Positions 19,337 through 29,031 of a stretch of DNA of 64,000 nt are shown here, piece by piece. The translations under genes were made by a program, and so were the position numbers. The notes beneath the pieces were generated by a model. That model did not search any database, was not told where the DNA came from, and saw nothing but the letters and a program-made list of their open reading frames with translations. The stretch lies in NCBI GenBank assembly GCA_964604995.1, contig CAZSAD010000003.1:1-64000 (forward strand), written 5' to 3'. The first letter of the stretch is position 1; every line of letters starts with the position of its first letter. This stretch comes from an uncultured Methanosarcinales archaeon. GTDB taxonomy: Archaea > Nanobdellota > Nanobdellia > Woesearchaeales > JABMPP01.

Positions 19337-19396
19337 TAAGATAAATTTATTTTTTTATTAATTTTATTTCTTTGTTTATTTTAAAAATGTAAGATA

Positions 19397-20371
19397 TTAA
19401 ATTTGTTTTGTTAAATCTAGTTCCCCTTTTGGCTCTTCAGTTATTAATAGAAGCTCATAACTTTTTATAAAATCAGCAAATTGTTCTTTCATTTTTTTTA
19501 GCTGAGCATCAGCATTTTCATAATTTTTCGACTCTAATTCTAACTCTAGCATCCAAGGACCAATCTTTTGTTCATAATGGAATATATTTTTTTCATTTAT
19601 GCAATATTCTTTGAGTTTCGTATTTTTTAAATCAGTATATTCTTTTAAATACAAAATTGCTTTGTAGAAACTTAGACCAATTTTTTTTGTGTCTAAATGT
19701 AATCTGAATTTATTTATTATTTTATTTTTTACTAATTCTTTAATCCTATAAGAAACAATTCTCGGAGTTAAACCAGTTTTTTTTGCTATTTCAGTTGATG
19801 GCATTCTAGCATTAGTTGCAATAGTTTTCAAAATTTTTAGATCTGTTTCATCTATTTTTAGTTTCTCAATATTTTTATACCAAGTGCTTGAAATACCCGG
19901 TTTATTTAACCAATGTCCCCTAGAGATTATTTCAACTTCTGCATGTGCTGCAATACTTTGATTTAAAATATATTTTCCATATTTATTGTGTACTAAATTC
20001 ACTATGTTATAAAATTCTTTAACATCTTTAACACATAAACTATAAATCAAATTCCATTTTCCTGAACATTTTGCTACCCACCAAGCATTCTTAATTCCAC
20101 ACAAATAATTAACTATTTCTTGCTCTTCTTTTTTAGTAGTATTTTGAAGTTCTAAATATACATTCCAAATCATAATCCCAAATTTTCCAGCATCTAGAAA
20201 TGTTAAATAGTTTTTAATCAACCCCAGTTTTTCCATTCTTTTTAATCTGTATTCTATTACTGAAGGACTTGCTCTAACTTTTTTAGATAATTTTGTAAGA
20301 GGCTGCCTACTATTTTGATCTAATGCAAATAATAGCTTTTTATCCAATAATGTAAGTTTTGTATATTCCAT
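19397..20371 (-). CDS. Lrp/AsnC family regulator with two tandem HTH-RAM units
   Basis: D..LL..L..NSR...L.K.....S...YRLKRM...G.I repeated as D..IL..I..NAR...EIA...G....V.YRIKEL. Confidence 0.85.
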   Translation of the reverse strand: MEYTKLTLLDKKLLFALDQNSRQPLTKLSKKVRASPSVIEYRLKRMEKLGLIKNYLTFLDAGKFGIMIWNVYLELQNTTKKEEQEIVNYLCGIKNAWWVAKCSGKWNLIYSLCVKDVKEFYNIVNLVHNKYGKYILNQSIAAHAEVEIISRGHWLNKPGISSTWYKNIEKLKIDETDLKILKTIATNARMPSTEIAKKTGLTPRIVSYRIKELVKNKIINKFRLHLDTKKIGLSFYKAILYLKEYTDLKNTKLKEYCINEKNIFHYEQKIGPWMLELELESKNYENADAQLKKMKEQFADFIKSYELLLITEEPKGELDLTKQI

Positions 20372-20485
20372 CTAGGATATTATATATATCAACATTTTAT
20401 ATATAAATTTTGTCATTATATAATAATTTTGCATAGTAATATTAAAATATATGTAAATTTTAACAACTATAAGGGGGTAATACAA

Positions 20486-21319
20486 ATGAAGCAAAATAAA
20501 GAAAATAAATTAAGAGAAGTCATGGAAAATGAATCAATAGATAGATTTGGAAAGATGGATAATTATATGGAACGTAAAGAAAAAGATGAGCCATTTGTTT
20601 GGGATGTTGGAGCATGGCTTGCTTATGAAATTAATGATAAAAAAAACAATGGAATAATGTACCCAACCGGTAAAATTAAAATGTTAGATATAGGTCCAGC
20701 AATTGGTGCAGTCTCTTCATATATTACTCTTAACGCAATTCTAAAAGGCAATGGAGAAGAGATTAAGAATGTTGAATTAAATTTGTGTGATATTTCTAAG
20801 GAGGTTATTAATAAAACAATAAATGTAAAATATGAAATACCTTATTCAATCTTTGAATCAAAAATTGGAATGAATACAAATATAGTAAATAAAATTACAA
20901 CAGTTATCCAAAATGCAAAGGGAAAAGTTGGAAAAGTTCAAAGATTACCATATCCCAATAAAACTTTTGATTTAACTGTAGCTAATTATATTTTACACCA
21001 CATACCAAATATAGACAAAGGAAAAGCTGCAAAGGAAATACAAAGAGTTACTAAAAATAATGGATTTATATTCATATCTGATGAGTGCATACCTTCTGAA
21101 CAATTGGAACAATATTTTAATAGACACAAAAATGAAGATATTCCTCTTGCAAAAGAAGAATTTATGCCATTGAAGCAATTACTAAGAAGATTTGATAAAA
21201 TATATCTCCAAGGATTTAGTAAAGGAAATGAACATTATGCATTCTATGGATTAAATTGCCAATCACCAATGCTATGGCAGCATAATGAGTTTATTCAAGA
21301 TAGAAATTTAGAAATATAA
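20486..21319 (+). CDS. Class I SAM-dependent methyltransferase
   Basis: LDIGPAIG motif I; LPY...TFD....NY.LHHI; SD AAGGGGG before ATG 20486. Confidence 0.8.
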   Translation: MKQNKENKLREVMENESIDRFGKMDNYMERKEKDEPFVWDVGAWLAYEINDKKNNGIMYPTGKIKMLDIGPAIGAVSSYITLNAILKGNGEEIKNVELNLCDISKEVINKTINVKYEIPYSIFESKIGMNTNIVNKITTVIQNAKGKVGKVQRLPYPNKTFDLTVANYILHHIPNIDKGKAAKEIQRVTKNNGFIFISDECIPSEQLEQYFNRHKNEDIPLAKEEFMPLKQLLRRFDKIYLQGFSKGNEHYAFYGLNCQSPMLWQHNEFIQDRNLEI

Positions 21320-21321
21320 TA

Positions 21322-21465
21322 CGCCGTGGCCCAGATTTGAACTGGGATATCCTTTCGGAAACAAGCTCTATGGTACCGACCAAAAATCGGTTGATTTCCA
21401 GGCTTACGCTTACCTCTAAAAGTGATAGAAGTAATTTGCGCAGTACCAGGTTGTGCCACCACGGC
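21322..21465 (-). tRNA. tRNA-Ser(GGA) with two introns (21404-21435 and 21368-21395)
   Basis: Spliced 84-nt product GCCGTGG...CAAGC-CTGGAAA-GCTTG...long variable arm...CCCAGTTCAAATCTGGG-CCACGGC-G; TTTATAAA box upstream. Confidence 0.9.
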
Positions 21466-21562
21466 ATAGATTTATTGAAAATTGCACATTTTATAAAGTT
21501 AATGACTTTTTTAATTTCTTAGTTTTCTTTTGCATCAGAAATTTTTTCTTTAGAAAAATTTA

Positions 21563-21745
21563 TTTTTCTATTGGTTAAACTTTTCTTTTAGTTAAATTTC
21601 ATCGTGCGATTGAACTTTAGTGAAATCGCACTTATGGTCGTCGTTAATGGGCGAAACCATTATACTCATTTAATTTGCCAAGGGCTATTTTCTTTTGATT
21701 AAACTTTTCTTTGTCTGACCAAAGGAAAGACGAAAGAAAAGTTTA
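21563..21745. repeat. Structured intergenic element with direct and inverted TTAAACTTTTCTTT repeats and three hairpins
   Basis: Direct copies 21575-21588 and 21699-21712, inverted copy 21733-21745; hairpins GTGCGATT/AATCGCAC and TAATGG/CCATTA. Confidence 0.55.
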
Positions 21746-23566
21746 TTCCCATTCAATAGTTCCCGGTGGTTTATTTGTAACGTCTAAGAATACTGCATCT
21801 ATTCCTTTAATTTTTAAAATTTCTTTTGCAATTTTGCCCAAAGTTTCTTCAGGCAGTTTTGCCCAATTTGCAGTCATTGCTTCTTTGCTTTCAACTGGCC
21901 TTAAGATTATAGCCTCACCACCTTGAGTTGAAAGCGGGACTAAAACAACAGGAAATTGCCAAATCTTATGATACAAATGTAAATCCAAACACTTTGCAAC
22001 AACATCGTCAGCTTTTCTAAGTAAATCCAATCTATCTTTTGTTAAATATGTTTTTTCTTTGGGTTTAATATCACAAATTTTGCCATTCATTGAAAGTAAA
22101 AGTACGACCCTATTGATCTCTTTGAATTTATTTGTAAGTTCAGTTGACATTTTTTCAATTATTTGAAAACTTCCGCCACCTTGGATTAAAACTGGATGTC
22201 TGTAAGTTCTTGAATCCCCTTGAACTCCAACACTTTTTATTGGTAAAACTTTTGAGAGAATTCCAAATTTTTCGGTTGTGAGATTAAGTTTCCTATCAAT
22301 TTCATCTTCATTGTTTATTTTTTCAGATTTGTTTAAACAAAGACATCTTACAGCAAGACCAGGTCCTGGAAATGGATGTCTTAAAATAAGATGTTTTGGA
22401 AGTTTTAATTTTTCTCCAAGACTACGAACTTCATCTTTGTATAATTCTTTTATTGGTTCAATCACCATGCCTTTTTCTATTAAGTCTTGTACTAATTGAA
22501 CCCGATTATGGTGAGTTTTAATAAGATCAGAATGTTTTGTTCCTTTTGTTTCAATAGTATCTGGATAAATAGTTCCTTGCCCAAGCATCCACTCATTTGG
22601 GTTTAAATTAAGTTTAGAAACTTCTTTTTGTTGCACTTTGATAAAAGTTTCACCAATTATTTTACGTTTCTTTTCAGGATCTGCTACATTTTTAACAGCA
22701 TCTAAAAATTCATTGCTTGCATCTATTACATGAAAATTATTCCACCCTTGTTTTAAAATTGCCAATTTAACTTTTGAACTTTCATTTTTTCTCATAAATC
22801 CATTATCAATATGCAAACCATAAACTCTTTTTGGACCAAGTGCCAAATTCAAAAGTGCAAAGCAAACAGTTGAATCAACTCCTCCTGAAACAAGCAAAAA
22901 TACATTTTTCTTCCCAACTATTTTTTTTATTTCTTCAATTTTTTGTTTGATAAAATTTTTCATGTTCCATAATTTTTTTGCTTTGCAAATTCCAAGTACA
23001 AAATTAGATAGCATTTTCATACCATTTTTTGTGTGGGTTACTTCAGGATGAAACTGAAATCCAAAATAATTTAATTTTTTATTTCCCATAGCTGCAACTT
23101 TACAATCGTTGGTTGATGCTAAAATTTCAAACCCGAATGGAGTTTGCAAAACAGCATCTCCATGACTCATCCATACTTCTTCGGTTTTTTCATTTCCAAA
23201 AAATATGTTTTTATTTTTTGTATTTTCATTTTTGATTATATTTAGATTTGCAATTCCATATTCTTTTATTTTACCAGGAACTACCTTACCACCTAAACTT
23301 TGTGCCATTAATTGATGACCATAACAAAGACCAAGTATTGGTGTTTTCAAAGTAAATAATTTAGGGTCGCATTTAGGAGAGTTTTTTTCATAAACTGAAC
23401 TTGGACCTCCTGAAATTATAATCCCTTTTGCATCTTTTAAAAGTTGAATGGAAGTATCACTAGGCATTATTTGTGAATAAACACCAATTTGTCTAACTCT
23501 TCTTGCAAGAAGATGTGCATACTGTCCACCCATGTCAAGAATTATTATTTTATCAGTTTGCAGCAT
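21743..23566 (-). CDS. guaA: GMP synthase (glutamine-hydrolysing), fused GATase and synthetase
   Basis: GLCYGHQ, QFHPEV, SGGVDS, QGTIYPD.IE, IKTHHN, RHPFPGPGL, KPPGTIEWE. Confidence 0.97.
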   Translation of the reverse strand: MLQTDKIIILDMGGQYAHLLARRVRQIGVYSQIMPSDTSIQLLKDAKGIIISGGPSSVYEKNSPKCDPKLFTLKTPILGLCYGHQLMAQSLGGKVVPGKIKEYGIANLNIIKNENTKNKNIFFGNEKTEEVWMSHGDAVLQTPFGFEILASTNDCKVAAMGNKKLNYFGFQFHPEVTHTKNGMKMLSNFVLGICKAKKLWNMKNFIKQKIEEIKKIVGKKNVFLLVSGGVDSTVCFALLNLALGPKRVYGLHIDNGFMRKNESSKVKLAILKQGWNNFHVIDASNEFLDAVKNVADPEKKRKIIGETFIKVQQKEVSKLNLNPNEWMLGQGTIYPDTIETKGTKHSDLIKTHHNRVQLVQDLIEKGMVIEPIKELYKDEVRSLGEKLKLPKHLILRHPFPGPGLAVRCLCLNKSEKINNEDEIDRKLNLTTEKFGILSKVLPIKSVGVQGDSRTYRHPVLIQGGGSFQIIEKMSTELTNKFKEINRVVLLLSMNGKICDIKPKEKTYLTKDRLDLLRKADDVVAKCLDLHLYHKIWQFPVVLVPLSTQGGEAIILRPVESKEAMTANWAKLPEETLGKIAKEILKIKGIDAVFLDVTNKPPGTIEWE

Positions 23567-23651
23567 AAGTATTGGATAAAATAGAAGTATAAAAAATTAA
23601 TGAAATTAGTTATTGGAAATTAGTTACTGTGTACAATTGGAGATATTAAAA

Positions 23652-25178
23652 TTATTTTATCTCAACACCACTACTTGCTTTTACAATTTTTTTAGTAAAA
23701 TCTAACCTATCCATATTATTGGAATAAACAGTGTATAATTTTTCACCTTTTTTTACAACGTCATATTTGTGTTTATACAAATAAAGTCCAGATTGTTTAT
23801 CATAAGGTGCGCCTGCAACCCTTGCAATTTTAGCAATTATTTCATTGTCAATGTGTTTAATTTTCCCATTCTTTCCAGCAATAATATCATAACTATATTT
23901 TGCCATTCCAATTTCTTCAGGAAGTATCTCTTTGCCACCTTGCGCAGTTATTATTTCTTGGAATTTAACATAAGCTTTTCCAGATTTTATTAGTTCAAGT
24001 GCTTTTTTCTTGCCTTCGCCTTTTTTAGCTTTGCCTGCCATTTCTAAAATAAGTCCAGCTATCATAGCACTTTTGTCTTTCAAATCTTTTGGAGATTTCA
24101 AATCATTTCGAAGTACAAAAAGCACATCTCTAGCTTCAAGCGCAGGTCCCATTCCATTTCCAATTGGTTCACTTCCATCAGTTATTATTGCTTTAATTTT
24201 CATGCCAACACTTCTGCCTACAATTTCAAATTGTTTTTTTAGTTCAAGTGCTTTTTTCTTATTTTCTATTTTAGCTCCTCTACCAACTGGGATATCAACT
24301 AAAACATGTGTTGCACCAACACTTGCTTTTTTTGCCATGATGCTTGCAAGTAATTGAGCTCTAGAATCAATACTTACAGGATGCTCAACTTTAATGATTT
24401 TATCATCTGCAGGTGCAAGACTAATTGCTCCACCCCATATAATACATCCACCTGTTTTTGCAACAACATTTTTCATCTCTTCAGAATTTAAAGTAACCCT
24501 TGTTAAAACTTCCATGGTGTCAGCAGTTCCAGCTGGACTTGTGATGCTCCTAGAAGAAGTTTTAGGAACTCTAAGACCTGCAGCTATAAGAATAGGAACT
24601 ACAACCATTGTTGTTCTATTGCCAGCAACTCCACCAACACAATGCTTATCTATTACTGGCCCATTATTAAATTTTAAAACTTCACCAGTTTTTATCATTG
24701 CTTTAGTTAAGTTAATTGTTTCTCCCATTGTCATTACAGTAGTATGGCAAGCTGCAACAAAATAAGTGATTTCAATATCACTAAGTTTGTTATCTACAAT
24801 ATCACTTATTATGCTAAAAAGTTCATTATAACTAAGTTTTTCACCATTGAGTTTTTTCTTAATGTATGTTATTGATTCAGGTTTTTGTTCAAGATGAATA
24901 TGAATTTGCTGTCCATTTTGAACACATAGTTTATTTGCCAACTCTTTATAGCAACCAATCATACCAGGCATAATATCTGAATCATCGTCAGAATAATCTA
25001 CTATTGCAACAACCTCTTTAGAATTAGTAAAAACAGAAGAATTAGTAGAATTAGTATCCAATGAAATTCCAATTCTGTCTCCCAGATGAACGTCCCATGC
25101 ATTTGCATCTTTTGAATTGAGTACCGCAATTAATGGACCCCCCGTTGATAAAGACATTACTTTTACATTAACCTTCAT
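23652..25178 (-). CDS. AMP phosphorylase (thymidine phosphorylase family)
   Basis: DKHCVGGVAGNRTT, PKTSSRSITSPAGTAD, LAPADD, GPALEA; N-terminal extension typical of AMP phosphorylase. Confidence 0.9.
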   Translation of the reverse strand: MKVNVKVMSLSTGGPLIAVLNSKDANAWDVHLGDRIGISLDTNSTNSSVFTNSKEVVAIVDYSDDDSDIMPGMIGCYKELANKLCVQNGQQIHIHLEQKPESITYIKKKLNGEKLSYNELFSIISDIVDNKLSDIEITYFVAACHTTVMTMGETINLTKAMIKTGEVLKFNNGPVIDKHCVGGVAGNRTTMVVVPILIAAGLRVPKTSSRSITSPAGTADTMEVLTRVTLNSEEMKNVVAKTGGCIIWGGAISLAPADDKIIKVEHPVSIDSRAQLLASIMAKKASVGATHVLVDIPVGRGAKIENKKKALELKKQFEIVGRSVGMKIKAIITDGSEPIGNGMGPALEARDVLFVLRNDLKSPKDLKDKSAMIAGLILEMAGKAKKGEGKKKALELIKSGKAYVKFQEIITAQGGKEILPEEIGMAKYSYDIIAGKNGKIKHIDNEIIAKIARVAGAPYDKQSGLYLYKHKYDVVKKGEKLYTVYSNNMDRLDFTKKIVKASSGVEIK

Positions 25179-25210
25179 TTTTTTCCACCTATTTTTAATC
25201 ACTAATAGAA

Positions 25211-26290
25211 TTAAGGTTTAAGATCTTCTATAACTTCTTTTCGTTTAACCCCACTGTATTCTTCTGCTAAAATAAAAGCAAGAGTAAGTATTAATGGACC
25301 AACAAATGCTCCAAGTAAACCAAATGCAAAAAGACCACCAAATGCACCAAATAAAATAATTGCTGGATGCACTCTTGCTTTATCACCAATGATTTTAGCT
25401 TTAATTAAATTATCTGAACCAGATAAAAATACAACTCCGAAAATCAAAAGTCCTATACCTTTTGTTATCATTGAATTATCTGAAAAATAGAATCCTTTGA
25501 AAAGTTCAAATCCACCTAGTGGTAACCAAATAGCCATTGTGCTTACTGCTGGTAAGAAAGATGATAAACCACATAAAATACCAAAAAGCACGGGATATTT
25601 TATTCCAAAAAGTGAAAAACCAACAGCTGCTAAAACACTTATTATAATAGCAGTTACTAAATAGCCATAAACTACCCCATTAATAACTTCTGAAATTCTA
25701 TTTATGAGTAATTCTTTATCTTTATTAGGCATAGGAATCATTTCCCTTATTTTATTAAGAAGTTTTTTTCCATCCATAAATAAATAAAACATAGCAAAGA
25801 ACATGATAAATAATTCAAGAATTTTTACAGGCAATGAAAAAGCAAAAGTGGAAGTTTGATTAATCAGTTTATCACTTAATAATTTTATTCCTTGATCAGC
25901 ATAAAAGTTAAGATTGAGAGGTTGATTTTTAAAATAACCCATCATAGTACAAAGTGGACCATTTTGACAACCTTCTGGCATAGACAATAATACTATTTCT
26001 TCTTTTACACTATGATAAGTTGCTACAATTTCTTTGCTTAAAACATTAAACACAAAAGTAAATGAAATTATAGTAATTACAATAATTGCAAAAGTAACAA
26101 CAAAGGCTGATATTTTTTCATTCTTGATTAATTTATTAGTGTATTTATAAAAAGGATAAAACAAATAAGTAAAAATAAATGCCCATACTATAGGAAATAA
26201 TATTGGCCTTATTACTAAAAATGCTAAATATAATATCAATAAAAAAACAATAATTGCAATATACTTGCGATTGATATATGAAGAACTCAT
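25211..26290 (-). CDS. AI-2E family transporter
   Basis: Multi-TM; DNLIKAKIIG...HP..ILFGAFGG...FG..G..VGP. Confidence 0.88.
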   Translation of the reverse strand: MSSSYINRKYIAIIVFLLILYLAFLVIRPILFPIVWAFIFTYLFYPFYKYTNKLIKNEKISAFVVTFAIIVITIISFTFVFNVLSKEIVATYHSVKEEIVLLSMPEGCQNGPLCTMMGYFKNQPLNLNFYADQGIKLLSDKLINQTSTFAFSLPVKILELFIMFFAMFYLFMDGKKLLNKIREMIPMPNKDKELLINRISEVINGVVYGYLVTAIIISVLAAVGFSLFGIKYPVLFGILCGLSSFLPAVSTMAIWLPLGGFELFKGFYFSDNSMITKGIGLLIFGVVFLSGSDNLIKAKIIGDKARVHPAIILFGAFGGLFAFGLLGAFVGPLILTLAFILAEEYSGVKRKEVIEDLKP

Positions 26291-26883
26291 TGTTTTGACC
26301 CACCTGAAACATTAAGTTGATTTTGATTAAATTGAGTTTGATTTTGTGAAGTATTAGAATTTCCCATAATTGAGTGTATATATTGATATAAATTAAATGA
26401 GTCTTCTATTCCGTGTAATTTATAATTACCATTTACAAAAAAGGTGCAAGTATGTAAATATTTATCAAGAAGATTTTTTTTAATATCGATATTTTGCATC
26501 TGAGAAAAATAAATTGATTGCCCTAAAAATTCCAATCTATTTCTAAAAAAATTATATTCTGTGTGAAGTGCTTTTCGATATTCAAATAATAAATCAAAAC
26601 ATGCAACAAGAATGATTATTACAATGATCCCCAAATTAATTAAAGGAGTTTGTTCTATACCTGCAAATTTCAAATTAAGATATAATGCAAGATAAAGTAA
26701 AAAGATTATTGGTAAAAGAAAAAAGACTTTTGGTAAAATCAACCTTGTTATGCTTGGTCTTAAAATATAGATAGGATAATCTACTGAGTAATTTACCTGA
26801 GAATTTACTTGTGCAGTCTGTTGACTTGGAGTATATTGATTAGAAATATAAGATAACTTTGTAGATGGTTGTATTTCTACCAT
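26287..26883 (-). CDS. Two-TM membrane protein with bacterial PH-like domain (putative)
   Basis: LRPS..2 TM..Y.F...R.......I....I.IKK.LLD; ATGA overlap with AI-2E gene. Confidence 0.55.
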   Translation of the reverse strand: MVEIQPSTKLSYISNQYTPSQQTAQVNSQVNYSVDYPIYILRPSITRLILPKVFFLLPIIFLLYLALYLNLKFAGIEQTPLINLGIIVIIILVACFDLLFEYRKALHTEYNFFRNRLEFLGQSIYFSQMQNIDIKKNLLDKYLHTCTFFVNGNYKLHGIEDSFNLYQYIHSIMGNSNTSQNQTQFNQNQLNVSGGSKQ

Positions 26884-27033
26884 TTTACCTCTTTTATTCT
26901 TTAAAATTTAGTACAAATTTAGTGTTGATATGTTAATAAGTTAAACTTAGATAAAAACATTATATAAATGTTGTGGAGAAAAATAAAAAAAGACATGGTA
27001 AAGTATTTATAGATATTAGATTAAAAAAGATGA

Positions 27034-28386
27034 ATGGTTAAGGATTATGATATAATAATTGTTGGTGCTGGACCAGCTGGACTTGCAATTGGTTCAGAGC
27101 TTTCTAAAAAATTAAAAGTGTTGATAATTGAAAAAAATATTGCAGGAATTACAACTAAAAGCTGGTTTGATCCTTTGCGTAGTGTTCCAAAAGAATTAAT
27201 GAAATTTACCAAAGGAGGAGTAACAAGATTTCTTGCTGACACATTTACAGGTGCTAAAATTGAATGGAACGCAAAATTATATAAAAAATATCCTTTCATA
27301 AAAGAGAAAGAAATATTAAAATATTGGATAGGTATAATAAAAAAGAACAAGTCAAAAATTATTGATAATGTAAAATATATTGATCATAAAGTTTTTGAAG
27401 ATCATATTTTTGTGAAAACCACAAATGGTAAGTTTAAAGGCAAATTATTAATTGATGCTTCAGGACATAATTCTCCAATAAGAGAAAAATATCACCTAGA
27501 AGATGAAAATTTGTATTGGTGGTCTGTTTATGGTGCAATAGTTTCTAAGCCGGATAAATGGCAAAGTGTAAAAACAGGAGATTATATGTTATGGCAAACG
27601 TTTGCTGATACAAATCGTAAGACTACCACTTCTTTAAGACATGGAAGGCCCGTATTTGAATATGAAATATTTGACAATAAAACAGGATTTCTCTTGATGT
27701 TATACTTAAGAAAAAAGAAAATCTCGGCTGTTGAGATGAAAAAAGAGTTTATGCATATAATCAGAAAAGAAGATTCGACCCTTGAGTTCCATGACATAAA
27801 AATTGAGGAGATAAAATATGGGTGGTATCCTTCAGGTAGTCTTACTCAAACAATACCCAAAGATAGAATAGTTTTTGTTGGTGATTCAGGTTGCTGGACA
27901 ACACCTTGTGGTTGGGGAATGGGATTTATTTTAAACAATTTCAAAGAATATTCAAAACGATTAATTCCTTTGGTAAAAAAAAATAAACTTGACAAAGAAA
28001 GTTTAGAAATATTAACTGAACTTAGAATTCATCAAAAACATGAGATATTGTTTGACACCATAATGACTCATTTTTTAAGCAATGCTAATGCCAAACAGCT
28101 TGACCAATTCATAAATCTCTTTACAAAAATTGATCCAATAGTTTGTGAAAAAATGTTTACGTTAAATATAACTCAAAAAGAGATTAGGGATGTACTTAAA
28201 ATAATATTTTCAGAATTTGAATTAGTTGAACTAATAAAAATAATACCAAAAGAAGATTATTCTATAATTTTGGAAGAAGCTGGTTTTTTGGTTGAAGATG
28301 CTGCAATTGAAGAAATAAAAAAAATATTAGAACCGAAAAGCGAAAGAAGTAAAATAAACAAAGAAGAAGGGTTTAAGTTTTCTTAA
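27034..28386 (+). CDS. FAD-dependent oxidoreductase (geranylgeranyl reductase/lycopene cyclase-like)
   Basis: DIIIVGAGPAG, LIDASG, VGDSG..TTPCGWG. Confidence 0.75.
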   Translation: MVKDYDIIIVGAGPAGLAIGSELSKKLKVLIIEKNIAGITTKSWFDPLRSVPKELMKFTKGGVTRFLADTFTGAKIEWNAKLYKKYPFIKEKEILKYWIGIIKKNKSKIIDNVKYIDHKVFEDHIFVKTTNGKFKGKLLIDASGHNSPIREKYHLEDENLYWWSVYGAIVSKPDKWQSVKTGDYMLWQTFADTNRKTTTSLRHGRPVFEYEIFDNKTGFLLMLYLRKKKISAVEMKKEFMHIIRKEDSTLEFHDIKIEEIKYGWYPSGSLTQTIPKDRIVFVGDSGCWTTPCGWGMGFILNNFKEYSKRLIPLVKKNKLDKESLEILTELRIHQKHEILFDTIMTHFLSNANAKQLDQFINLFTKIDPIVCEKMFTLNITQKEIRDVLKIIFSEFELVELIKIIPKEDYSIILEEAGFLVEDAAIEEIKKILEPKSERSKINKEEGFKFS

Positions 28387-28439
28387 AGAAATAAATCAAA
28401 AGTAAAAATTAAAATCTAAAAAAATAAGAAGATTATGAG

Positions 28440-28512
28440 TGGGCCCGCCCAGATTCGAACTGGGGTTCTTCTCGACGTCAACGAGACGTCATAACCACTA
28501 GACCACGGGCCC
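28440..28512 (-). tRNA. tRNA-Val(GAC)
   Basis: GGGCCCG...TCTCG-TTGACGT-CGAGA...CCCAGTTCGAATCTGGG-CGGGCCC-A cloverleaf. Confidence 0.95.
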
Positions 28513-28656
28513 AAATTGAAAAAATAATACCTAGTGGTATTTACATATTTTTGATTATATAATAAAGATTTTATCAAATATATGTACCCTTAGGGATTTT
28601 CACCTATAATATAAAGCTTTTGTGTCAAGAACCCAATTAATATTGTTTATCTTTAT

Positions 28657-28893
28657 TTATCTCAAATTTTTAGGGAGCATTATTGGAATTCTATCTTTAA
28701 TGGGATAGCTCTCTTTGCATTTGCTACAAATAAGTGCATTTTTGCCAGCAATGTATTTAACTTCGCTTTTGCATTCTGGGCACACAATCACTTTTAGTAA
28801 ATCCTTAGATAATGGCTCCTTTTTCGACGACAAACTACCTTTTTTTGCTTTTTTCGTCTGAACTGAAGTTTTTGATAATTTTTTTTTGACCAT
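28657..28893 (-). CDS. Trm112-like protein
   Basis: LL.VIVCPECK...LIC..C.ESYPIKDRIPIMLP. Confidence 0.85.
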   Translation of the reverse strand: MVKKKLSKTSVQTKKAKKGSLSSKKEPLSKDLLKVIVCPECKSEVKYIAGKNALICSKCKESYPIKDRIPIMLPKNLR

Positions 28894-29031
28894 TTTATAC
28901 TCGGAGACGGAAAAATATAAAAATCTTTCGCCAAATAGAAAGGTTTAAATATAAGTTCGAAGACTCCTTTATAAAATTTTTCCTGATTTTCGTCAGGTAA
29001 ATAAATAAAAAAGAGTTTGGGGGAGGGTTTG

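Noticed and set aside
21337..21522. 61-aa plus-strand ORF
   Set aside because: Antisense to the intron-containing tRNA-Ser
21600..21745. Hammerhead ribozyme
   Set aside because: CGAAA is present but no correctly placed CUGANGA core
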